Made by a program: the position numbers and the translations under genes. Below the pieces are notes generated by a model, which searched no databases, had not been told where the DNA came from, and saw only the letters and a list, made by a program, of their open reading frames with translations. From positions 423,856-487,855 of the forward strand of contig CBDCMV010000003.1 of NCBI GenBank assembly GCA_965219135.1: a stretch of DNA of 64,000 nucleotides, given 5' to 3'. This DNA comes from Alphaproteobacteria bacterium (GTDB lineage Bacteria > Pseudomonadota > Alphaproteobacteria > VGEJ01). Positions within the stretch are counted from its first letter, which is position 1, and every line of letters begins with the position of its first letter. Shown one piece after another: positions 45,311 to 54,308 of the stretch.

Positions 45311-46450
45311 ATGAGTGATCTCGATATCGAGCGGGTGCGAATCTACGCGGTCGGGCCCGAGACCGAGCGCTACACCTGGGCGACCGACCACACCGAGCAG
45401 TTCGTCACCAACACCATCGCCCGGATTACCACCAAGGGCGGGCTCGAGGGTGTGGCCGGGGCCATGAGCGTCAACGAATTCGGCTTCTCGGCCGCGGTCG
45501 CCGAGACTATGCGGCCGATGGTCCCGCACCTGATCGGCGCCTCGGCCGCGGACCGCGAAGCGCTGTGGTACCGGTTGCGGCCCTTCGACCTGCCGCTGGC
45601 GCCGCAGGCCAACGCCATCCTCGACATCGCGCTCTGGGATCTGGCGGCCAAGCACGCGGGACTTCCGCTTTACCAGATGCTGGGCGGTCCGCGCCCGAAG
45701 ATCCTGTCCTACGCCAGCACGCCGCTTCTGCACACGACCGAAGCCTATGTCGATTATGTGGCGCAACTGCGTGAGCAGGGCTTCACCGCGGTGAAATTCC
45801 ACTGTTGGTGCGAGTACGAACAAGACATGGCGATGGCGCGCGCGGTGCACAAACGGTTCGGCGATTCCGGCATTCGCTTCATGCTCGACGTCGAGCAGCG
45901 CTACACCCGCGAGGAAGCGCTCAGGGCGGGCCGCGAACTGAGCGAGCTCGGCTACCGCTGGTTCGAGGCGCCGCTGCCCGATTTCGATTTCGAGGGCTAC
46001 CGCGAGCTCAAGCGAAGCGTCGACGTGCCGATCATCGCCAACGGCAACTGGATCCTCGATGCGCGGCTGATCGAGGTGGTCATCGATATGGACTGCTGGA
46101 CCGACGTGCGCGTCGATACCACGGTCGCCGGCGGCGTCACGCCGATGCAGAAGGTCATGGCGGTGGCCGAGGCCCACGGGATGAACGTCGAGATTCAGAG
46201 CTGGGGCTATACGCTGACCCAGGCCGCCAACCTGCAGCTCATGCTGGCCCACCACAACTGCACTTACTTCGAGCAGCCGATGCCGTACGAAGCGCTGGAG
46301 TACGGCGCACTCGACGTGATCCGCACCGATGCGCAAGGCTACGTCCACGCGCCCGACGGGCCCGGTCTTGGCGTCCGCACCGACTGGGATGCCGTCGAAG
46401 CGGCGGCGTTCCTGACCTACGAAGTGCCCACCGCCGCTAAGGCGCTATGA
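45311..46450 (+). CDS. enolase-superfamily protein (third copy, divergent)
   Basis: In-frame ATG at 45311 (MSDLDIERVRIYAV..). Confidence 0.85.
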   Translation: MSDLDIERVRIYAVGPETERYTWATDHTEQFVTNTIARITTKGGLEGVAGAMSVNEFGFSAAVAETMRPMVPHLIGASAADREALWYRLRPFDLPLAPQANAILDIALWDLAAKHAGLPLYQMLGGPRPKILSYASTPLLHTTEAYVDYVAQLREQGFTAVKFHCWCEYEQDMAMARAVHKRFGDSGIRFMLDVEQRYTREEALRAGRELSELGYRWFEAPLPDFDFEGYRELKRSVDVPIIANGNWILDARLIEVVIDMDCWTDVRVDTTVAGGVTPMQKVMAVAEAHGMNVEIQSWGYTLTQAANLQLMLAHHNCTYFEQPMPYEALEYGALDVIRTDAQGYVHAPDGPGLGVRTDWDAVEAAAFLTYEVPTAAKAL

Positions 46451-47408
46451 AGTTCGTGGTCACTGGCGGCGCCGGATTCATCGGCCGCCGGGTCTGCCGA
46501 GCCATCGCGGCCCGCGGCATACCGCTGGTCGTGGTCGACACCGCGCCGGCGCCGGCGGCGATCGAGGTGCTGGGCGGGCAATCGGATCAGGTGGAATTCC
46601 TCGACACCGACATCGCCGAGCCCGATGCGGTGACGGAGATCTTCCACCGTCACCCCGACGCGACCCACGTCATCCACCTTGCCTACCTTATGAGCGCCGA
46701 GGTCGAGGCCGACCCCGTGCTGGGCGCCAAGATCAACGTGGTCGGCACGACCGCGGTGTTCGAGGCAGCGGCGCGCGGCGCGCTCGCGCGCGTGGTGTTC
46801 GCGAGCAGCGAAGCCTATTACGGGGCCCATCAAAGCGACTACGGCAACCGCGACGTGGTCGAGGACGATGGCTGTGGACCGACGCGCCACACCTTCATCT
46901 ACGGCGTGATGAAGCAGCTCAACGAGTTCGTCGGCGGGAAATATGCGGCCAAACACGGCCTCGGATTGCCTGTCTGCGCCCGCCGGTGGTGTTCGGCCAC
47001 GGCCGCAAATACGGGTCCCTGCTGTGGAGCGAAGACTTTATTTCCGGGCCGGCCGTGGGGCGCGCGGTGTGTTTGCCGTTCCCGCCCGAGACCACCGACT
47101 GCTGGCTCTATGTCGATGACTGCGCCGAGCAGCTGGTGCGGATGGCGCTGGCGCCGAGCCTCGAGTATTTTGCCTACAACGCCGGCGGCGCGAGCGTACG
47201 CGCGGCGGAACTCGCGGCGCTGATCCGGCGCTGGATGCCCGAGGCCGAGATCGCGTTCGACGCGGACAAGCCGCCGACCCCGTTTATCGAGCGCATGGAC
47301 GGCCAGAGGCTCGCGGGCGAGATCGGCTTCACGCCGCGGCCGCTGGCCGAAGGGGTGCGCGCCCACCTGAACGAGGCACGCTCGGCCGCCGGCCTCGATC
47401 CGGTCTAA
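46447..47408 (+). pseudogene. NAD-dependent epimerase/dehydratase family gene with a 1-nt frameshift
   Basis: MKFVVTGGAGFIGRR.. runs to ..KYAAKHGLG in frame 1. It continues IACLRPPVVFGHGRKYGS.. in another frame (ORF 46986..47408). The switch is at about 46963-46968. Confidence 0.75.
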
Positions 47409-47418
47409 GGGGAGGTTC

Positions 47419-47771
47419 ATGGAGCCGTTCACTGCCACCGTCACCGGCAACTATCCGCGCCCGGTCGCCCCGACGGATACGTTGAAAAAGCCCTCGGTCC
47501 CGCCGGAAGTGGCTCGCGACATGATCCGCTGGGCGGTGGGCGTGGTCTCGCTGGGGCTCGAGGTCGTCACCGACGGCGAGGGCTATCGCGAGAACATGTA
47601 CTGGTTCTACCAGATGCGGCTCGGTGGCGTGAGCACCGACGACATGGTGCACAAGAGCTTCGGCGAGGCCGGCTTCGGCATCGAGTGCGCGCGGGTGACC
47701 GGCAAGATCGGAAACCCCGATTGGCGGCTCGCCGAGAAGTGGAAGACGGCGCGCGAAGCGGCCCCGGCGGG
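47419..47771 (+). pseudogene. cobalamin-independent methionine synthase-like (Meth_synt_2 family) N-terminal fragment
   Basis: SD AAGGGGAGG plus ATG; ..TGNYPRP.., ..VVTDGEGYRENMY.. It is cut off at 47771 by IS-derived sequence. Confidence 0.6.
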
Positions 47772-47831
47772 CTGGACTTGACGGCGTTCTATGCGCCCAA
47801 CGAGGGGGACGGTCGACGCAACGCCCCTACG
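47772..47831 (+). mobile_element. 60-bp internal scrap of the IS1182-family transposase gene
   Basis: Matches the stretch starting at ~20309 of copy 1 (CTGGACTTGACGGCGTTCTATGCGCCCAACGAGGGGGACGGTCGACGCAACGCCCC..), with one C missing from the C-run. Confidence 0.85.
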
Positions 47832-48694
47832 GTGGACTTTTGCGCGACAAGACCCGACCCTCGCGCATCCCGCCGCTGCCTGGTGCCATTGTCAAGCGGG
47901 TGGTCGAGTTGACCTCCACCGAACCGCCCGGAGAGACGACGCACTGGACGGCGGCGGCGATGGCCAAGGTGGTCGGGATCAGCATCAGCTCGGTGCAGCG
48001 GGTTTGGCAGGCTCACAAGCTCCGTCCGCACCGGGTACGCCACTTCAAGCTCTCCACCGACCCCGAGTTCGTCACTAAGCTGCGCGATATCGTCGGTCTC
48101 TACGTCGATCCGCCCGCCCATGCCGTCGTGCTGTCGGTGGACGAAAAGAGCCAGATCCAGGCCCTCGACCGCACCCAGCCGGGGCTGCCGCTGAAGAAGG
48201 GACGCTGCGGGACGATCACCCATGACTACAAACGGAACGGCACGACGACGCTGTTTGCCGCCCTCGACGTCCTGGAAGGCAAGGTGATCGGGCGCTGCAT
48301 GCAGCGCCATCGGCACCAGGAGTTCATCCGCTTCCTCAACGCCATCGAGGCCGAAGTGCCGGCGGGCAAGATCGTCCACGTGATCCTCGATAACTACGGC
48401 ACTCACAAGCATCCCAAGGTCGTGGCCTGGCTCGAGCGCCACCCTCGGTTCGTCTTTCACTTCACGCCGACCTCTTGCTCCTGGCTCAATGCCGTCAAAA
48501 CCTTCTTCGCCAAGCTCAGCAAACGCCGACTCAAAAGAGGAGTGTTCCACTCGATCGTCAATCTCCAGACCGCCATCAACCGCTTCATCGCCGAAACCAA
48601 CGACGACCCCACACCGTTCGTTTGGACCGCCAATCCCAACAAGATCGTCGCCGCCGTCAAACGTGGGCACCAAGCGTTAGATTCGATCCACTAG
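47832..48694 (+). mobile_element. IS630-family transposase gene lacking its 5' end and both IS termini
   Basis: ..GLLRDKTRPSRIPPL.., ..VLSVDEKSQIQALDR.., ..ILDNYGTHKHPKV.., ..TPTSCSWLNAVK.. The usual N-terminal HTH region is absent. Confidence 0.85.
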
Positions 48695-49105
48695 GTCGCG
48701 CGGGTCCATTTACCGTTCACCCACGGCGATTTCTTCCCGTCTTCGAGTCTGAAGACATCGTAGGTGAACTTATCGGGCGAGGGGTTGCGCCACTCCTCGA
48801 CCGATTGGATCTCGGTCCCGTCGGGCGTGAACGTCGTGTTCTCCCACTCCATCCCATAGTCCGATGGCCGGCCCACGATGTTGAAGTGCGAAACCGGCAT
48901 GTCGATGCCGACGGCGAAGCCGGTGGTCTTGGGTCGCCGGGTCCCAGTAGTAGGCGCCTTCCGAGACCGGCTTCCAGCCCGATCCATTCTTGAAATAAAG
49001 CATCGATCGGACCACCCGCCGGTCCAGGCCCCAGGAAAGCTCTTGTTTGGCCTGCCCATCCTCTGATTCCCACGTGCCGATGAATGCCTCGAGCGCTTCC
49101 AACAT
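48691..49105 (-). pseudogene. small conserved hypothetical protein, frameshifted
   Basis: MLEALEAFIGTWESEDG..GAYYWDPAT (ORF 48770..49105) continues as ..TTGFAVGIDMPVSHFNIVG..KFTYDVFRLEDGKKSPWVNGKWTRAT* in the frame of ORF 48691..49326. Confidence 0.55.
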
Positions 49106-49184
49106 GATTCTTCACCTCTGTGCGTGGCTAAGACAAGCCAGGGTAGCGATTGCCCCTGGGTGCGTATTGGACGTTTGTTACCGC

Positions 49185-50021
49185 TCAGCCAAGCGGGATG
49201 AAGAGCCCACTCGGGTCCTTGCCCGGCGCGAGGTGGTGGTGGTGGCGCACAGAATATGTGGTCGGGCTGCCCCCGCTTAGCGCGGCGAATTCGCGATTGA
49301 AGTGCGACTGATCGAAGTACCCGCACTGGAGCGCGACCTCCGGCAGGCAGTGGGGGCTGCCGCCGCCCAACAGTGAGAGCGCCCGGTTGAAGCGGCGAAT
49401 CCGCGAATAGACCTTGGGCGGCAGGCCAACGCGGCGCTTGAAGATCGCGCCGAGGTGTTTTCGACTGACCCCCAGGTCGTCGGTGATCGCGGCGATCGAC
49501 GACGCATCGGCGTTCGACAGGCGGGCCACCGCATATTGGACCGGGCTGAGCACCGTTCCGACGTCGCGCAAACGGCGGACGAGGAACCGCTCGATCGCCG
49601 CGATTCGTGATCTCGCGCTAGGCGCGTCGTGAAGGCGTGCCCGAAGGAAGCCCGCCTCGGCTCCGACCACAAGTTCCGCGTCGATGGTTTGGTCCGCAAG
49701 CTCGCCACAGTGGAGGTTGAAGAAGGGCGTGACGCCCCAGGGTCGGAACGTGACGCCCACGACATGGGTTTCGGCCAACGGTTCGTTGACCATGAACGTT
49801 GCATGCGGCCCGACGAACCACGCGTCGCGATTGATCCGGCCATCGGGATACGCGGCGGCGCTGGTGCGGAAAGGTGCGCCGAGATTGAAAATCAAGATTG
49901 TCTTGCCGTTGGGCAAGATCCGCTCGGCGCGATAGGGGATGCGCCCGCGCGCGTGCCAGATCGCTTCGACGAATGCGGCAAGGGGCGGCCCTGGCGCGAC
50001 CGAGTCGAAGTGGAACCTCAC
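49185..50021 (-). CDS. AraC family transcriptional regulator
   Basis: 278-aa ORF with a C-terminal AraC-type HTH (..IAAITDDLGVSRKHLGAIFKRRVG..ALQCGYFDQSHFNREF..). Confidence 0.88.
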   Translation of the reverse strand: MRFHFDSVAPGPPLAAFVEAIWHARGRIPYRAERILPNGKTILIFNLGAPFRTSAAAYPDGRINRDAWFVGPHATFMVNEPLAETHVVGVTFRPWGVTPFFNLHCGELADQTIDAELVVGAEAGFLRARLHDAPSARSRIAAIERFLVRRLRDVGTVLSPVQYAVARLSNADASSIAAITDDLGVSRKHLGAIFKRRVGLPPKVYSRIRRFNRALSLLGGGSPHCLPEVALQCGYFDQSHFNREFAALSGGSPTTYSVRHHHHLAPGKDPSGLFIPLG

Positions 50022-50410
50022 TCCTCGGCAAGTCCGGGGCCGGCCGTCCCCGGGTTAAGGTCCTGGGCGAAGGCAATAAGGTGGCCGTCGGGGTCTCGGA
50101 CATCGATCTCGCGCATGCCGTAGAGCGTCTCCTCGGGCCCCCGTTCGACCGCGACGCCGGCCGCCCTGACCTCGCTCAACAGATCATCGACCGCCGCGAC
50201 GTAGACGTACGCCGCCCAGTATTGGTTGATCGGCAGCGGTCCCGGGTCGCGCGCGCGGTCGAGAGCGATCGTCACCGGGCCACGCTGAACGATGCAAAAC
50301 TCGGGTCCATCGCCCCAGGTCCCGTGGGAAGCAAACCCGAGCTGGTCACAGTAGAACGCCTCGCTACGGCTCACATCTCTCACCTGAAGTACGGGCATGC
50401 ACCGAATCAT
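50018..50410 (-). CDS. VOC (glyoxalase/bleomycin-resistance) family protein
   Basis: ATG at 50410 (MIRCMPVLQVRDVSRSEAFY..). The upstream part of track ORF 50018..50662 is not convincing. Confidence 0.8.
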   Translation of the reverse strand: MIRCMPVLQVRDVSRSEAFYCDQLGFASHGTWGDGPEFCIVQRGPVTIALDRARDPGPLPINQYWAAYVYVAAVDDLLSEVRAAGVAVERGPEETLYGMREIDVRDPDGHLIAFAQDLNPGTAGPGLAEE

Positions 50411-50425
50411 CGAAGCTCCGTCATC

Positions 50426-51402
50426 GTGATCTCGCCTTCGTGGGCGGCTTCCAGCACTTATCTGTTCGCACTTTCGCTGCCGCTGGCGGCCATTGTCGGA
50501 TTCGCCGCCCATCGCGCCAGCGTTTGCAACGTGAGGGCCGTCGAGGAGGTGGTGCGCGAGCGACGCGCGGACATGTTCGGTGGCTTCGCGAAGACCGTGT
50601 TGTGGGCGATGGGCATCACGCTGGCGCTCGCCTACCTGCTGCCGGACAGCCCCACCATCCACGCGGGTTTCGCGGTTTCGCTGATCTCGCTCACGGGCGG
50701 GTTGATCTGCGGTGTGGGCATGGCTCTCAACGGCGGATGCGCCTTCTCGACGCTCAGCCGGCTCGGCGATGGCGCGATGCTGGTCACGCTTGCCGCATTC
50801 GTCAGCGGCGCCGCGGCCTTCGCGCCGCTAATTGCACTTTGGGACTCAGCGCCGGCGGCATCCTCGTCATTCGATCCCACGGCCACGTGGGTCGCGGTCC
50901 TGACCTCCGCCCTCGGGATCTGGGCGGCGTGGGAGATATTTCGCCTCCTGCGCAGCAGGCCTGCTGGACGCCCGCTGGCCCGGTTGGCATTGGCAAGCCG
51001 CTATACGCTGGCCGCCTCGGCGCTCCTGATGGGTCTCGCCAACGGGCTGGTCTTCGCAGTGAACGGGAGCTGGACGTACACGAGCGTGCTCGGCCAGGGC
51101 GCGCGTCGGCTGGGCGAGGGCGGTCCGGCGCCCTCAGCCGCGGCGTGGGCGCTGTTCGCGGCCTTTTTGCTGGGCATGTGATCGGTTCCTCGGCGCAGCG
51201 CGGCAGCTTCCGGCCGCGCAGGCGCCCGCAACTGCGCTGGCTACGCAATCTCTTCGGCGGCCTGCTGATGGGCTGCGGCGCGTCGATGGTGCCGGGCGGG
51301 AACGACGCGTTTTCGCCACACGCCGGCCCGGCCTACCTCGCCATGGTCCTGGGGATCGCCGCGATTGTCGTGCTTTTCGGTCGACGGCGCGCGACTGCCT
51401 GA
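50426..51402 (+). pseudogene. YeeE/YedE family sulfur-compound transporter, frameshifted
   Basis: ..ICGVGMALNGGCAFSTL.. ends at ..FLLGM* (51181). It continues (V)IGSSAQRGSF..LFGGLLMGCGASMVPGGND.. in the frame of ORF 50440..51402. Confidence 0.65.
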
Positions 51403-51443
51403 AGGCGGTCCCTACTCCAGCGTCTCCCCGGCCCACTAGGCCT

Positions 51444-51917
51444 TCATGTCCTCGCGGTGTGATATGTGGGCGCCGGTGAGGCGGGACCCGGCAACGCCGC
51501 GACCTTGTCGCTGTCGGGGTACTCACAGACCTCGGGCCGAATCATCGTCCTGATCGAGAGGTAGCGGAGCTCGGCGTCCGAGGTATTCCTGATCTGATGC
51601 GCCGAGCCCACCGGCGCGGCGATCACGTCGCCTTGTCGGATCGGGTACTCCTGGCCGTCGTGGCGCAGCGTTCCCCGGCCCGATAGCACCACGAACATCT
51701 CCTCGTTCGCATGGTGCGAGTGGTAGGGGAACATCGTCTTGCCCGCCGGGACCACCGCCAGCGAGCAACCGAGGCGCTCGGCGCCAATCATCGGGCCGAG
51801 CCGCGCGGATCGAATTCCCTTGGCATACTCCGGCATCGCGTCGGGAAACCCGTTGGGCCCTTTGAAGTGCTCCTGCAGCGGGGCGTCCTCGATGTTCGTG
51901 ATGGGTGGCGTCGCCAT
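51444..51917 (-). CDS. cupin domain protein
   Basis: 157-aa ORF (..FPYHSHHANEEMFVVLSGRGTL..GSAHQIRN..). Confidence 0.8.
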   Translation of the reverse strand: MATPPITNIEDAPLQEHFKGPNGFPDAMPEYAKGIRSARLGPMIGAERLGCSLAVVPAGKTMFPYHSHHANEEMFVVLSGRGTLRHDGQEYPIRQGDVIAAPVGSAHQIRNTSDAELRYLSIRTMIRPEVCEYPDSDKVAALPGPASPAPTYHTART

Positions 51918-52018
51918 GTTCCCTTCCTCACCGCTTTGTTGGTCCGCCTCTCATCATTGGCCGCCGGCCGATCTATACTATCGGTGAGGACGTTCACGAC
52001 GGGGACTTGGCGGGCGAC

Positions 52019-52807
52019 ATGGCGGGGGAACTGGACGGGAAGATCGCGGTCATTACGGGCGGCAGTCGAGGGATCGGGCGCGCCATCGCTGCGAGGTTGG
52101 CGGCCGAGGGCGCGGATAGCCTGCTGGCGGCTCGCAGCAAGCAGGACTTGCGCGGCGCCGCGGCCGAGATTGCCGGGGCGAGCGGGCGCCGCGCCGAGTA
52201 TTTCGCCGGCGATCTTCGCAGCCTGGGCGGTTGCCAAGCGCTCGCGGAAACCGTCGAGCGGGCCTACGGCGCCGTCGACATCCTGGTGAACTGCGCGGGC
52301 GCCACCCAGGGCGGCCCCTTCCTCGAGGTCGACGACGAGGTGTGGGATGATGGTTTCGCGCTCAAGTTCTTCGCCTGCGTGCGGCTCTCGCGCCTGCTGT
52401 GGCCGATGCTCCGGGAGCGCCGCGGCAGCGTGATCAACATCGTCGGCGGCTTCGCGCGGACCCCGGATCCCGATTTCATGATCGGCGGCGCGGTCAACGC
52501 CGCGATGGCCAACTTCTCCAAGGCGCTGGCCGGCCAGGGCTTGCGCGACGACGTCAACGTCAACGCCGTTCATCCCGGCTCGACGCGCACCGATCGGCTG
52601 GTCGGGATCATCGGGACCCAGGCCGAGCTTGCAGGGATTACGCCGGAAGACGCGGAACGCGTACGAATCGAGTCCGAAGGCGTTCGCCGCTTCGCCGAAC
52701 CCGCGGATGTCGCCAACTTGGTGGCGTTCCTGTGTTCGCCGGCCGCGCGCCACATCCAGGGCGCCGCCATCGCTATCGACGGCGGCGCCACCAAGGGGGT
52801 GTACTAG
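52019..52807 (+). CDS. SDR family oxidoreductase
   Basis: ATG at 52019 (MAGELDGKIAVITGGSRGIG..). Confidence 0.85.
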   Translation: MAGELDGKIAVITGGSRGIGRAIAARLAAEGADSLLAARSKQDLRGAAAEIAGASGRRAEYFAGDLRSLGGCQALAETVERAYGAVDILVNCAGATQGGPFLEVDDEVWDDGFALKFFACVRLSRLLWPMLRERRGSVINIVGGFARTPDPDFMIGGAVNAAMANFSKALAGQGLRDDVNVNAVHPGSTRTDRLVGIIGTQAELAGITPEDAERVRIESEGVRRFAEPADVANLVAFLCSPAARHIQGAAIAIDGGATKGVY

Positions 52808-52905
52808 GCCGCGTACCCATTGTCGCGTAGCCAGGTGCGCATGGCCGCGAGACGGACCATCGCGAGATAGCGGCTGATCGCTGGATCCTTTGACGTGGTT
52901 GCAAG
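52804..52905 (-). pseudogene. possible C-terminal remnant of an IS5-family (IS427/IS1031-type) transposase
   Basis: ..LATTSKDPAISRYLAMVRLAAMRTWLRDNGYAA* resembles the ..IATRYDK.A.NYLA.V.LA...IWL tail of that group. Its stop shares a CTAG with the SDR stop. Confidence 0.3.
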
Positions 52906-53004
52906 CGCAAGGTGTTCCGCGTGACTCCTAAGGACGATCCTGCGAGATTCTTGCGTACATTGTGTATTCATTGATCGTACTTGCCACACGGGAGGAGAGC
53001 TAGA

Positions 53005-54114
53005 ATGAAAGACGAACGCGGCGAACTCGACAATGCAAATGAGAAGTCATCGGACGGCGTGAGTCGCCGCGACGTTATGAAGACCGGAATGATTGCCGGG
53101 GGCGCCGCAGCCCTCGGCGCGGCCTCGGTGCCGCTCTTCGCGCCGGCCGCGATGGCCGAGGTCGGCCTCGGGCCGCCGCGAAAGATCATCTGGGTCACCC
53201 ACCAGATAGGGGAGTGGAACATCGCGCTCGAGACCGGGTTCACCGATTTCGGCGAGAAGGCGGGCTGGACCTTCCAGAAGATCGGGGTCCCGGGCGGGGC
53301 ATGGAGCGCCGAGGAAAATGTCAACCGGGTCAAGCAGGCGATCCAGATCAAGCCCGACGTGATCGTCGCACCCATCCTCGATCTCGCGATGGAGCCTGTC
53401 CTCGAAGAGGCCGAGGAGGCCGGCATCCTGGTCCTCGTAAACAACACGATCATCGAGGAGGTGCAGGCCCGCCACGTCCACTGGGGCTACGTCGGCGCCA
53501 CCGGTCACGCGCAGGGCTTGATCATCGGACGCACGCTGATCCCCGACCTGATCAAGAAGGGCCGGAAGGGAGGCGTGTTGAGCTTTGGCAACCACGCACC
53601 TGCGAGCCCGTTTCTAGTAGCTCGCAGGGAAGGAGTCGCCGACGCCGCCGCGGAGGCCAACGAGAGAGAGGGCACGAACTTCGTGGTGGAAGAGTTCCTA
53701 GACCACGCCGACGACATGGCCCAGTCGGTACCGCTCTACTCGACCAAGATGAGAGGCCTCGGAGACGACCTTGCCGCCTTCACCCCCAGCGGCTACCAGA
53801 GCATGGTGGCCGCGTATCGCATGCTCGAGGACGCCGGAAGGGCTCCGGGCGAAGTCCCCGTCGCCGGTCCGGACACCGGACCAGACATCATCGAGGGCAT
53901 CGAGAAGGGCTACATCTCATTCGCCGTCGATCAGGAACTCTACAATCAGGGCTATCTGCCCGGCCCCGTCGCCTGGGCGCGGTTGGAGCGGGGTAACCTA
54001 CCGCCGATCATGAATACCGGCACAGCCGTGGTGACCAAGGACAACCTTGATCTCTTCAGTTGGCGCTCGGAGATCATTCTCGCCCGGGCCAAGGAGCTGG
54101 GCATTCGGTTGTGA
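53005..54114 (+). CDS. sugar-type (periplasmic binding protein/LacI-like fold) ABC substrate-binding protein, Tat signal
   Basis: SD GGGAGGAGAG plus ATG at 53005; SRRDVMKTGMIAGGAAALGAASVPLFAPAAMA. Confidence 0.8.
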   Translation: MKDERGELDNANEKSSDGVSRRDVMKTGMIAGGAAALGAASVPLFAPAAMAEVGLGPPRKIIWVTHQIGEWNIALETGFTDFGEKAGWTFQKIGVPGGAWSAEENVNRVKQAIQIKPDVIVAPILDLAMEPVLEEAEEAGILVLVNNTIIEEVQARHVHWGYVGATGHAQGLIIGRTLIPDLIKKGRKGGVLSFGNHAPASPFLVARREGVADAAAEANEREGTNFVVEEFLDHADDMAQSVPLYSTKMRGLGDDLAAFTPSGYQSMVAAYRMLEDAGRAPGEVPVAGPDTGPDIIEGIEKGYISFAVDQELYNQGYLPGPVAWARLERGNLPPIMNTGTAVVTKDNLDLFSWRSEIILARAKELGIRL

Positions 54115-54156
54115 CGTCATAGGTTCTGCAGGATCTTGAGCCGCACGCGACAAACG

Positions 54157-54187
54157 GGCGCCCCTCGGACTTGATCCGAGGGGCGCC
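54157..54187 (+). terminator. GC-rich hairpin after the binding-protein gene
   Basis: GGCGCCCCTCGG-N7-CCGAGGGGCGCC, a perfect 12-bp stem 43 nt after the stop. There is no T-tract. Confidence 0.55.
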
Positions 54188-54308
54188 GCCGGAGCCAGCC
54201 CCCGCAGGGGCGAGGGGTCTGATCGCGCGTGCCGCGGCCCGGCATTTATGGTAGAACTCCGACGGGGGAGTCCTTTGCTTTTGAACGGACAGAGCTAGGG
54301 GTAGCCTG

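Noticed and set aside
44212-45312. 366-aa minus-strand ORF
   Set aside because: Antisense to the PhyH gene 44323..45288.
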